Assembly (NCBI GenBank): GCA_024229395.1
Contig: JAAESM010000002.1
Location: forward strand, 27,682-91,681
Direction: 5' to 3'
Origin: Planctomycetota bacterium
GTDB taxonomy: Bacteria; Planctomycetota; UBA1135
DNA: 64,000 bases
Shown here piece by piece: positions 47,363 to 56,346 of this stretch; positions within the stretch are counted from its first letter, which is position 1, and each line of letters opens with the position of its first letter. A program made the position numbers and the translations under genes. A model generated the notes under the pieces. It had not been told where the DNA came from. It saw only the letters and a program-made list of their open reading frames with translations, and did no database searches.

Positions 47363-48406
47363 ATGAAGAAATCCGCTCTTGTGTTGATGGCTGTCGCCCC
47401 TTTGTGGGCGGCATGCAGTGACTCGGATGTCGACTGGAATAGTGTTGCGGCATTGGAGGGAGCAACCGGAGCGGAGGCAGCGCTTGAGTGGAGGAATGGT
47501 CTCGACTTGGATCGTGAGTTGCAATACCCAATCACCTTGCATTGGGATATCGATATCCAGCTGAAAGACGTGCCGCAACCGCTAGGCCCGGCGAAAGATG
47601 GTTTCATGTTGGCCTCTCTCGACACCACCTTATTCGGCGGGAACGAATTCCGCACTAGGTGTTCGATCGAGATGGCGGCATGGGGGCGGGATGAGTTTAT
47701 CACCGTGCACCTCGATTCCAGTGACCAGGAATTGCGCTTGAGCCATCGGGGCATCGATGCGATTGGGACCATTGAAGCACCTGCAGGCATGAGGTTGTCC
47801 GCCGATCGCTTGCTATTGGTCACCGAGCTTCTTCAACGTTTGGTTAGCCATGCCCCCGGTTTCCTCCCTGAAAATCTAGAGATCTTCGCACGATTCGATG
47901 GCCTCTCCGACCTTTTCCATCCCGACAACGTTGCCCGCCTGCTCGGGCCAGGCGTGTTGCAGCAAGGGTGCACTTGGCGTGAGTCAGGCGAGCGTATGCA
48001 ACTGACCTTCGCGCCGCTGATGGCACTAGCCAATTCCGAAGCCATGGCAGCCATGCCGAATGATTTTACAGTGCCAGGCTTCGAGCAGCTTTCTGGCATA
48101 GAAGTCACGGTTGAATTCGATCGCGCAAGCGGCGCTTTCCGGAGCTCCGATTCCAACTTCAGATACATCTTCGATAACTTGCCGGTCAAGACTAAAAAGC
48201 AGCCGTCGATGGAAGTGACCCTGCATTGCGAGTTGCGCAGCAGTGAAGTTCCGCAATTGCAGTTTCGTGAACACGATGTGGTCCTGGACCTCAACGAGGA
48301 CTTCGACGAGTACTGGCCGATGATTGCGGCCTCGGAGCCAATGATCCTCGAGGCTTTCAAGAAGGTCTCCGATGAATTTCCGGAGTCAGGCGACTTCTCT
48401 TTCTGA
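47363..48406 (+). CDS. Acidic lipoprotein, paralog of the preceding gene (array member 5)
   Basis: Lipobox WAAC; FDRASG; DLNEDFDEYWPM; ends GDFSF. Confidence 0.6.
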   Translation: MKKSALVLMAVAPLWAACSDSDVDWNSVAALEGATGAEAALEWRNGLDLDRELQYPITLHWDIDIQLKDVPQPLGPAKDGFMLASLDTTLFGGNEFRTRCSIEMAAWGRDEFITVHLDSSDQELRLSHRGIDAIGTIEAPAGMRLSADRLLLVTELLQRLVSHAPGFLPENLEIFARFDGLSDLFHPDNVARLLGPGVLQQGCTWRESGERMQLTFAPLMALANSEAMAAMPNDFTVPGFEQLSGIEVTVEFDRASGAFRSSDSNFRYIFDNLPVKTKKQPSMEVTLHCELRSSEVPQLQFREHDVVLDLNEDFDEYWPMIAASEPMILEAFKKVSDEFPESGDFSF

Positions 48407-48454
48407 ACCGAGTCAATCACGGTTGCTCAGTCAGGAAAGTTTTATAGTTCCAAC

Positions 48455-49552
48455 TCAGCTGCCTAGCTTCGGCTCGACCGCAGCCCAAACGCGTTCCGCC
48501 ACCGAGCGCCACGAGAATTGTTGTGAACGCGCGCGGCCAAGTGCGGCCAACTCTTGGCGCAACGGGCCGTCCTCGACCAAGCGGAACAACTGCTTGGCGA
48601 TCGATTCGTCATCGGCAGGATCGCAGTACAAGGCAGCGTCGCCACAGACTTCCGGCAACGAGGTGGTGTTGCTGGAGATCACGGGGCAGCCGAGCAGCAT
48701 GGCCTCGCCGGGGGGTAAGCCCCAACCTTCGTAGAACGACGGGAACACGAAACCGAGTGCGTGTTCATAAAGCGCGCGCAATTCGGCGTCGACAACACGA
48801 CCGACATGGATGGCGTTTTCCGGAAGGCTATCGACGCCATCGCCTTCGAAGACCTTCGGGTTGGTGCCGCCGGCAATGACCAAGGGCACCTTGACGTCGG
48901 CGAGTTTCATCGCGCGCAAGATCGCGGCAAAGTTCTTGTTCGGATTCAAGCTGCTGACGGCCAACAGGAAGCCACCGCGCTCGAGGTTGTGCTTGTCAAT
49001 GATGCTGGTGTTGGCTTCGCAACGCAGCACATGTTCATGACCTTCGAGCAACACATGGGTGCGCGTTCGCGGGATCTCGAAATACTTTTCGATCTCGAAA
49101 GCAGTGTGTTCGCTGACCGCAGTCAAGACCTTGGCGCGCTTGGCGGCACGTGGCATGATCCAACGGTACGCCAAGTTGAAGATGCCGGTGTGCGTCTCTG
49201 GCCGTGCGAATACTTGCAGGTCGTGGATCAGGACCATCATGTTGCGATGACTGACCGGCGCCGTGTTCTTGAGATTCAGTAGAAAGCCTTTGGCATAACG
49301 CGGCAACTCGAACTGTTCCCAAAAGTGCGAACGCATCATGCCCTTCACGCGCAGTTGCAGATGTCGATAGTCAGGCATCTCCGCGGGTAGAGTCGGGCTC
49401 AGCAGGACGAACTGGTAACGCTCGCGATCGATGGTGCCGTCTTCAATCATGGCATCGAGCGCAGTCAGGAACTCACGCCCCCAACGCTGCACGCCAGTAA
49501 GCGGTTCGTCGAGGAACCGCGCATTGATAAAGATCGGAGTAGGCTTGCTCAT
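48455..49552 (-). CDS. Glycosyltransferase family 4 (GT-B)
   Basis: TGVQR, IHDL, PNKN, FPSFYEGWGLPPGEAM. Confidence 0.93.
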   Translation of the reverse strand: MSKPTPIFINARFLDEPLTGVQRWGREFLTALDAMIEDGTIDRERYQFVLLSPTLPAEMPDYRHLQLRVKGMMRSHFWEQFELPRYAKGFLLNLKNTAPVSHRNMMVLIHDLQVFARPETHTGIFNLAYRWIMPRAAKRAKVLTAVSEHTAFEIEKYFEIPRTRTHVLLEGHEHVLRCEANTSIIDKHNLERGGFLLAVSSLNPNKNFAAILRAMKLADVKVPLVIAGGTNPKVFEGDGVDSLPENAIHVGRVVDAELRALYEHALGFVFPSFYEGWGLPPGEAMLLGCPVISSNTTSLPEVCGDAALYCDPADDESIAKQLFRLVEDGPLRQELAALGRARSQQFSWRSVAERVWAAVEPKLGS

Positions 49553-49567
49553 GAAGGTGCGCCGAAC

Positions 49568-50296
49568 TTACTCAGGCGGTGCCGCGGCAAGGATGCGATC
49601 CTGCATCTCACGAACCGCCTGATCGAGGCCGATGTAGACGGCGCGGCAGACGATGGCATAACCAATGTTCAACTCCTCGATCCACGGCAGTTGCGCGACC
49701 GGCAAGACGTTCTCGTAATCCAGACCGTGACCGGCGTTCACGCGCAGCCCCATCTCATGCGCATAGTTGGCAGCGGTCTCCAAACGCTTCAGTTCGTTTT
49801 CCTTGTTCTTGCCACTTGCGTTGGCATAAGAACCGGTGTGCAACTCAACGTAGTCGGCACCGCAACGCGCCGAGTCTTCGATCGCTTCCGGCAGGGGATC
49901 GATGAACAAGCTCACCTCAACACCGGCTTCATGCAAGCGCTTGATTCCGGCAGGCAAGCTATCCATATAAGCACTGACATCGAGCCCGCCTTCGGTGGTG
50001 AGCTCTTCACGCTTCTCCGGAACAATGCAAACCTGGGCCGGCTTCAGCTCACAAGCCAAATCGATCATCGGCTCGGTCCATGCGATCTCAAGATTGAGCA
50101 TGGTCTTCACCGTCTGACTCAACAAGCGCACATCGCGCTCTTGAATGTGGCGCTGATCCTCGCGCAAGTGCACGGTGATGCCGTTGGCGCCGGCAAGTTC
50201 ACATAACCCAGCAGCCAAGACGGGATCCGGCTCTTGAGCTAGGCGGGCTTGTCGCACAGTGGCGACATGGTCAATGTTCACGTGGAGTCGTGGCAT
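49568..50296 (-). CDS. pdxJ: Pyridoxine 5'-phosphate synthase
   Basis: [32 protein letters not shown]. Confidence 0.97.
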   Translation of the reverse strand: MPRLHVNIDHVATVRQARLAQEPDPVLAAGLCELAGANGITVHLREDQRHIQERDVRLLSQTVKTMLNLEIAWTEPMIDLACELKPAQVCIVPEKREELTTEGGLDVSAYMDSLPAGIKRLHEAGVEVSLFIDPLPEAIEDSARCGADYVELHTGSYANASGKNKENELKRLETAANYAHEMGLRVNAGHGLDYENVLPVAQLPWIEELNIGYAIVCRAVYIGLDQAVREMQDRILAAAPPE

Positions 50297-50304
50297 GGAG
50301 CGCG

Positions 50305-50311
50305 TATTCTA
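50305..50311. promoter_or_regulatory. Putative bidirectional promoter with overlapping -10 elements
   Basis: TATTCTA reads TATTCT (+) and TAGAAT (-), each 9 nt from a divergent ATG. Confidence 0.6.
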
Positions 50312-50319
50312 CTTCTGCC

Positions 50320-50910
50320 ATGCTGCGCATCACTGCCGGAGAGTTTCGAGGCCGACGCCTCAAGGTGCCCAAGGTCGCTGCAACGCGGCCATTGGTCGAA
50401 CGTGCCCGCGAAGGCATGTTCAATCACCTCGGCGAGCTGGTTCACGGCGCCTTGGTCTGGGATGTCTACGCTGGCAGCGGCATCTTGGGCCTAGAAGCAC
50501 TTTCCCGCGGTGCGGCCAAGGTAGTTGCCGTCGAGCGCCACCACCGCGCCGCCATGCAGCTTGAGGAGAACGCTGAGCTGCTGCGCTGCAAGGATCAGCT
50601 GCAGTGCCTGCGCATCGATGCCAACCGCATGCCGACCTTGGCAGACTCCCAGGCGGCCCCTGATCTGATCTTCTTTGACCCCCCTTACGACGACTTCCGC
50701 AAGGGTGGACCGGGCAGAATCAAGGTCTGGGCCTTGTTTTTAGACTTAGCCCAGCGCCTGAATCCAGGTGGCTGCGCCGTCGTCCACACCCCACGCGGCA
50801 TCCTTAGCAATGAGGAACTCGGCGATCTGCCGGGCATTGAGCGCCGTGATTACAGTAATACCTCTCTCTACTGGTGGCACAAGCAAGTCGCCACCTCAAG
50901 CGAATCATGA
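50320..50910 (+). CDS. rsmD: 16S rRNA m2G966 methyltransferase RsmD family
   Basis: LRI.AGEFRGRRL, TRP...RE..FN, YAGSG.LGLEALSRGA, DPPY. Confidence 0.92.
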   Translation: MLRITAGEFRGRRLKVPKVAATRPLVERAREGMFNHLGELVHGALVWDVYAGSGILGLEALSRGAAKVVAVERHHRAAMQLEENAELLRCKDQLQCLRIDANRMPTLADSQAAPDLIFFDPPYDDFRKGGPGRIKVWALFLDLAQRLNPGGCAVVHTPRGILSNEELGDLPGIERRDYSNTSLYWWHKQVATSSES

Positions 50911-52055
50911 AAAACGGAATCCGCGCCTCCCTTTGGAACGGCAAGACCTTCGTCCCTGGTTGGATGACCTGGAGTAAGGGCGCCATCGATCAGGTCAACT
51001 TTGGCGAGCCAACGCGCAAGCAGGCCGCCAACCTTCATGACCTTGGGACCTCTGAGGTCATGCCCGGCTTTGTGGACACCCTGCTGCACGGATTCGCTGG
51101 CGTGGATTGCGGCGACGGGTCCGCAGTGGCGCTGGACCGTATGAGTCGCGCGTTGGCCGCAACCGGTGTGACCACTGCCTACGCTGGCATGTATCCGCTT
51201 AGCCTCAGTGGCTACCGCTCCGCCGCCAAGCGATGGAAGCAATGGAAATCCAAGCGCGGCACCGCACGGACTCGTTTCGCTGGGTGGCATTCCGAAGGCC
51301 CGTTCATCGCGCGTAGTAAGCGCGGCGCCTTGCCTGCTAAGTCGATCCTGAGGCCAAGCGCCGAGGCAGCCAAGGAACTGATCGATGCATGCGATGGCTG
51401 GTTGAAGATTTGCACCTTCGCTCCAGAAGTCAAAGGCGCGTTGGATGCCTGCGAAGAGTTTCGTAAGCGCGGCGTGATGCCATCGGTGGGGCATAGTGAT
51501 GCAGGCTACTTGGACTGCGAAGCCGCAGCGGCCACCGGCGAGTTGGCCATCACCCATATGGGCAACCGCATCCAGCCGCTGAGCGCGCGCGAACCCGGGC
51601 CGATTGGGTTCGCCATGGGCGGCGGCATCCATTGGGCAGCGGTGATTCCAGACATGGTCCACGTGGCACCGGAAACCGTGCGCCTTTGGGCACGTACGCC
51701 AGCTCTGCGCAAACGTCTGATGGCTTGCTCCGACAACCTGTCTCACGCCGGTTTGCCTGCCGACGGCTTCAAATCCGGCGGCAAACGCTTACAACGAAGT
51801 GGCGCGGTGGCGATTGATAACCAAGGCGGCTTAGCCGGCACCTTGGATTCACTGCCGGAGTTGCTGCTGCGCATGTTGCGCGATGGTTACCTAACCATCC
51901 AACAAGTCATTCGCATGGGTTGCGAGGTCCCTGGCGCACTTGCCGGCGATTGCGGCAAACTGGAGGCAGGCCTGCGCCCCGACTTCGTTGTTCTAGAGGA
52001 TCAAAAGCGCATCGGCGCGGTTTGGGTCGGCGGCCGACGGGTGGCCAGTAGCTGA
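50907..52055 (+). CDS. nagA: N-acetylglucosamine-6-phosphate deacetylase-like amidohydrolase
   Basis: PGFVD..HG, H.EGPF, APE, GHS, TH..N, D..HV, LAG. Confidence 0.82.
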   Translation: MKNGIRASLWNGKTFVPGWMTWSKGAIDQVNFGEPTRKQAANLHDLGTSEVMPGFVDTLLHGFAGVDCGDGSAVALDRMSRALAATGVTTAYAGMYPLSLSGYRSAAKRWKQWKSKRGTARTRFAGWHSEGPFIARSKRGALPAKSILRPSAEAAKELIDACDGWLKICTFAPEVKGALDACEEFRKRGVMPSVGHSDAGYLDCEAAAATGELAITHMGNRIQPLSAREPGPIGFAMGGGIHWAAVIPDMVHVAPETVRLWARTPALRKRLMACSDNLSHAGLPADGFKSGGKRLQRSGAVAIDNQGGLAGTLDSLPELLLRMLRDGYLTIQQVIRMGCEVPGALAGDCGKLEAGLRPDFVVLEDQKRIGAVWVGGRRVASS

Positions 52056-52056
52056 A

Positions 52057-52737
52057 ATGAGTTCCGATAGCCCCATCGAGAAGGAGCGCCGCAACATTGC
52101 GGAGCTGCTGCGTGACTGGCCACCAACCGTAGTGGATGCAGTCATCGATGAGATGTTGCAGCTTTGGCAAGCGGAGTTGCTGCGTGAAAAGATCACCTGG
52201 CGCTGGAACGCACGTCTGCGCACAACCATCGGTCGCGCTATGCTCGACGACATGGTTTTGGAATTGAATCCATTGTTGTTGGGGCGTAACCCCGAAGAGA
52301 TGCGCGGCGTGGTCGTGCATGAGTTGGCACACCTCGTCACCACCAGCCGTTATGGATTCCGCGTGCCACCACATGGTAATGAGTGGAAATCTCTGATGCG
52401 TGCTGCCGGTGAATCCACGCGCGCAACCCACAGCTTGGATGTGGAAGGATTGCGTGCCAAATCAGCGCGCCGACGTCGGCGCCGTAGAGTTCGTGTATTC
52501 CCGTTCCTAATGCTGTGTCTGTTCCTGCCGCTGATGTCCTGTGCTTTTGCAGAGCCAGAATGCAGGGATTGCGAGGATTGCATGAACCGTCTGGTGGAGG
52601 AGTATCAGGTCGGTATTTTGGAGCTCCGCGGTGAGGTCGATATGGGTTACCCAGGCGCCGACCTGCTCAATGACGGCCATGGTGATTCTTGGTGCGGCGA
52701 TAAATACCAGTTCGCGCAAATCCAAAATGGAGAGTAA
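52057..52737 (+). CDS. SprT-like zinc metalloprotease with an atypical C-terminal extension
   Basis: WNARLRTTIGRA, HELAH, PHG.EWK. Confidence 0.85.
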   Translation: MSSDSPIEKERRNIAELLRDWPPTVVDAVIDEMLQLWQAELLREKITWRWNARLRTTIGRAMLDDMVLELNPLLLGRNPEEMRGVVVHELAHLVTTSRYGFRVPPHGNEWKSLMRAAGESTRATHSLDVEGLRAKSARRRRRRRVRVFPFLMLCLFLPLMSCAFAEPECRDCEDCMNRLVEEYQVGILELRGEVDMGYPGADLLNDGHGDSWCGDKYQFAQIQNGE

Positions 52738-52748
52738 GATACGGGGCT

Positions 52749-53753
52749 ATGGAGTCATCCAAGAGCCCTGTTGAGCCGCATTTGTTCACCCGTCTTCTCA
52801 AGGAGAAGATCTGGGGTGGCACGCAGCTTTCCGCAGCGCTCGATCTTGACTTGCCCTTCGACGGCCCCCTTGGCGAGACCTGGGAGCTGAGCGATTACCC
52901 CGGCGAGGAAACGGTCGTGCGTGGTGGTTCCATGGATGGCGTCAGCTTGCGCACCTTGATGGAGAATCATCAAGAGCAGATCCTTGGTCGTTCGCGGCCG
53001 AGCGCCGATGGACGCTTCCCGTTGTTGGTCAAGTTCATCGATGCCGGTGATGATCTCAGCGTGCAGATCCATCCACCAGATGGTCCGAAATCGCCGACCG
53101 GCGTCGGCAAGACCGAGGCTTGGTACATCCTTGATCATGAACCCGGTGCGGTCGTGATTTGCGGTCTCAGCGAAGGCACTTCCAAGGAAGTGTTCGAGCA
53201 AGAGGCGGGTGATAAGCGAGTGCGCAATCACTTGGCGGAAGTCGAAGTGCAACGCGGCGACTGTGTCTTCGTACCTGCCGGTCAGACGCATGCGATTTGC
53301 GCCGGCGTTGTCCTGTGCGAAGTGCAACAGACTTCCGATGTAACCTACCGTATGTACGACTGGGACCGCCTTGGTCTCGACGGCAAGGCACGCGATACGC
53401 ATCTGCAACAGGCGCTTGATGTCGTGGACTATGAGGCCGGTGTCGCAAAAGCAACGCGCGCGAGTTTCAGCGAAGGCCAGGACCTTCGTAGCAGCAAACT
53501 CGCCGAGTGCGATTACTTCCGTCTGCAAGCCTTGAAGGTTGGCACGGATGGTGGCGATCTAAACACAAACGGCTTCGCCCATACCTTGGCGGTCGTCGGC
53601 GGCGCAGGTCGATTCGAATCTTGCGACGGTAGTTTTGAAGCGCGTGAATTGATTCTCGGTGATTCAGTATTGCTGCCGGGCGCACTCGATAAGGTGCGCT
53701 TGATCGCAAACGACGAGGAAGGAATGGAAATCTTGATGGGAGTGGCGTTGTAG
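52749..53753 (+). CDS. manA: Type I mannose-6-phosphate isomerase
   Basis: KIWGG, FPLLVKFID, LSVQIHP, KTEAW, EVQQTSDVTYR.YD. Confidence 0.93.
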   Translation: MESSKSPVEPHLFTRLLKEKIWGGTQLSAALDLDLPFDGPLGETWELSDYPGEETVVRGGSMDGVSLRTLMENHQEQILGRSRPSADGRFPLLVKFIDAGDDLSVQIHPPDGPKSPTGVGKTEAWYILDHEPGAVVICGLSEGTSKEVFEQEAGDKRVRNHLAEVEVQRGDCVFVPAGQTHAICAGVVLCEVQQTSDVTYRMYDWDRLGLDGKARDTHLQQALDVVDYEAGVAKATRASFSEGQDLRSSKLAECDYFRLQALKVGTDGGDLNTNGFAHTLAVVGGAGRFESCDGSFEARELILGDSVLLPGALDKVRLIANDEEGMEILMGVAL

Positions 53754-54892
53754 TGGCACAAGGACCTAAGAAAAGAAAGCCTGCGAAACGTAAGGATCGC
53801 AATAAGCCAACCGCCGGAGCTGGGCGCGGAAAACCAAAAGTCTCCAAGCGCGCCAAGCGTGTCGCGCATGGTTTCGTTGCTGCAAGTGGTGCGCCAAGCA
53901 GTTCGGTCAAGGACAACGAGGACCAGCAGTACGCGATCGATCGCTCCGCCACTGCCGGCGGCGTGCGCTTGAACCGTTGGCTTGCCGAACAAGGCGTCGA
54001 CTCGCGACGCAAGTGCGACCAGAAGGTCCTCGACGGCGAGGTCTCGGTCAACGGCGCCATCATCATGGAGCCTGGCTATCGCGTGCAGGAAGACGACGAC
54101 ATCATGGTCAATGGCGCGCGCATCCACCGCGCACGACGCCTGTACTACTTGTTCTACAAACCCCGCGGCGTGCTGTGCACCAACGATCCGCGCGAGACGC
54201 GTACGCGTTTGTGCGACCTGGTCGATCCCATGGTGCCAAGCCGGGTCTACCCGATTGGCCGATTAGATGAGGATTCCGAGGGCCTGATCCTGCTCACCAA
54301 CGATGGTGATTTCTCGCAGTTGATTGCGCACCCGAGTCATGGCGTCAAGAAGACCTATGTCTGCATGATCTCCTCTTCAATGAGCGGCGATGATCTTGAT
54401 CGCCTGCGTGCAGGTGCTTGGATCGAAGGATCGAAAGTCATTCCTGATAACGCGCGCATCATTCGCCGCACGCCAAGCAGCACCATGCTTGAGATCACCA
54501 TCAGTGAAGGCCGTAACCGTGAAGTGCGTCGTCTGCTTGCGCGATTCGGTCTAGGTGTGAAACGATTGAAGCGCGTGCGCATCGGTTCGCTCGGCATCAC
54601 TGGAGTCAAGCGCGGCATGTTGCGCCCTTTGTCTCGTGCTGAACGCGATGCACTGGTCAAGATGGCATTGACCTCCGGAGATGAAGGAGCCACTACGCCG
54701 CCACGTACCTTCCGTCCGCAACAGCGTCAGTTCGGTTCGCGTTCGGATCGCAAGGCGCGCTCCAAAGTCTCGCGCGAAGAAGCTGCGTCGACACGTCGCG
54801 GAAGTCGTCGGGGTCGCCCTTCGAAACCATCGAAGTCACCCAACTCACCCAAACCATCACGGCCGAACAAGTCCGTGAAGAGAGGTCAGTAA
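53753..54892 (+). CDS. rRNA pseudouridine synthase, RsuA/RluB family, with basic tails
   Basis: S4 domain RLNRWLAE.G..SRR; GRLDEDSEGL; EGRNREVRR. Confidence 0.93.
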   Translation: MAQGPKKRKPAKRKDRNKPTAGAGRGKPKVSKRAKRVAHGFVAASGAPSSSVKDNEDQQYAIDRSATAGGVRLNRWLAEQGVDSRRKCDQKVLDGEVSVNGAIIMEPGYRVQEDDDIMVNGARIHRARRLYYLFYKPRGVLCTNDPRETRTRLCDLVDPMVPSRVYPIGRLDEDSEGLILLTNDGDFSQLIAHPSHGVKKTYVCMISSSMSGDDLDRLRAGAWIEGSKVIPDNARIIRRTPSSTMLEITISEGRNREVRRLLARFGLGVKRLKRVRIGSLGITGVKRGMLRPLSRAERDALVKMALTSGDEGATTPPRTFRPQQRQFGSRSDRKARSKVSREEAASTRRGSRRGRPSKPSKSPNSPKPSRPNKSVKRGQ

Positions 54893-54894
54893 TC

Positions 54895-56271
54895 GTGTTG
54901 CGTTTCGAGGGCATCATTCGTGATCCAGTTCACGGTGACATTCCACTGACCCGCGAAGAGTTGCAGGTGCTCGACACCGCCGAGATGCAACGCTTACGCA
55001 ATGTGCGTCAGCTTGGTGCCACGCACCTGATCTATCCTGGCGCGCAACACTCGCGCTTCGAACATTCGATCGGCACCGCACACCTTGCCACGCGTATGGT
55101 GGATGCGGTCAACAACGTGCGTGACTCGCAGAGCGATGGCCGCCTTGACGGCTACGATGCCCACGGCTTGCGCATCATTCGTCTTGCCGCGTTGGTGCAT
55201 GATGCCACGCACCTTCCCTTCGGTCATAACATCGAAGATCAAACCGGCTTGTTGCCGCGTCACGATACGCCGGCACGTTTCGAGAAGATGTTCTCGAAGG
55301 ACACCGACCTCGGTCGAGCCTTGCGCAAGACCGGCGCGCACAACGATGTGCTTTCGATCTTGGCACCAGACTTGGTGTCCGATCACGCGAGTGCGCCACC
55401 GCATTGGCGTGGTTTGGTTAGCGGCACCATCGATGCCGATATGCTCGATTACCTGGCACGCGATGCCATGTTCACCGGGCTCAAGTTGGAATACGATCCG
55501 CGTATCTTCAACGTCTTTCGTGTTGATCGTCGCAGCCAAGAGTTGTTCGTCGACCTGGGTCGCAAAGGCTATTTGAAAGAGGCGGTGTTAAGTGAAGTCG
55601 TGCGTTGTCTTGAGGCGCGCTTCTACTTCTCCGAGCGGGTCTACTACCACCATGCCAAGATCGCTGCGGGTTCGTTGGTAGCCAAGGCTGTTGAGATCGT
55701 CTTGCTTGAGAAGGCCGTAACTTTTGAGCAGCTTCAGTCCGCCACCGATTCGAGTTTGTTCGAGTTGCTGGCCGGCGCCAAGATCAAGGATGCCCGCCGT
55801 CGCGAGCTCCTGGAGGTCTATCTTTTGGCTTGGAGCCGAAGAAAATTACCGAAGCGTGCAGCGGTTTATCCGGTCTATGCCAACCCGACGGTGCAGCAGA
55901 ATTTGATCGACCGTTTCTTCGGTGCCGGCTCTGCAGAAGAGCGTCGTGCGACAGAGCGCCGCATGACGGAGAGTCTTGCCAAGCGCGTCGGCCGCGAAAT
56001 CCCGATCATGTTGTATTGCCCATCGGGACAGATGCAGCTGAAACAAGCGAAGATGCTAGTACGTTGGCCGGGTGATTCGCACTTAACCCGTCTATCGGAC
56101 CACTCGGCAGAGATCCCGCGTTTGGCGGACCTGGAAAACTCTTACACACGAATGTGGAAGTTTTATGTGCACGCCCTGACCAACGATCCACAGGAGTTGG
56201 CGGCGGCCGGTGAAGTGTGTGCGGAGTTCTTCCCAGAAGCGGAAAATGTCTTGGATCGAGTCCGAATTTAA
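54895..56271 (+). CDS. HD-domain phosphohydrolase (SAMHD1/YdhJ-like dNTPase family)
   Basis: DPVHG, QRLR..QLG, HSRFEHS.G, HD..H.PFGH, DADMLDY..RD, VYYHH. Confidence 0.9.
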   Translation: MLRFEGIIRDPVHGDIPLTREELQVLDTAEMQRLRNVRQLGATHLIYPGAQHSRFEHSIGTAHLATRMVDAVNNVRDSQSDGRLDGYDAHGLRIIRLAALVHDATHLPFGHNIEDQTGLLPRHDTPARFEKMFSKDTDLGRALRKTGAHNDVLSILAPDLVSDHASAPPHWRGLVSGTIDADMLDYLARDAMFTGLKLEYDPRIFNVFRVDRRSQELFVDLGRKGYLKEAVLSEVVRCLEARFYFSERVYYHHAKIAAGSLVAKAVEIVLLEKAVTFEQLQSATDSSLFELLAGAKIKDARRRELLEVYLLAWSRRKLPKRAAVYPVYANPTVQQNLIDRFFGAGSAEERRATERRMTESLAKRVGREIPIMLYCPSGQMQLKQAKMLVRWPGDSHLTRLSDHSAEIPRLADLENSYTRMWKFYVHALTNDPQELAAAGEVCAEFFPEAENVLDRVRI

Positions 56272-56346
56272 GCGTTACGCATTTCGCTAAGTCGTCTATC
56301 ATGAAAGACGTCCTCGCCGAGCAAAACGCCGGCAGTCCCCGAGGAA

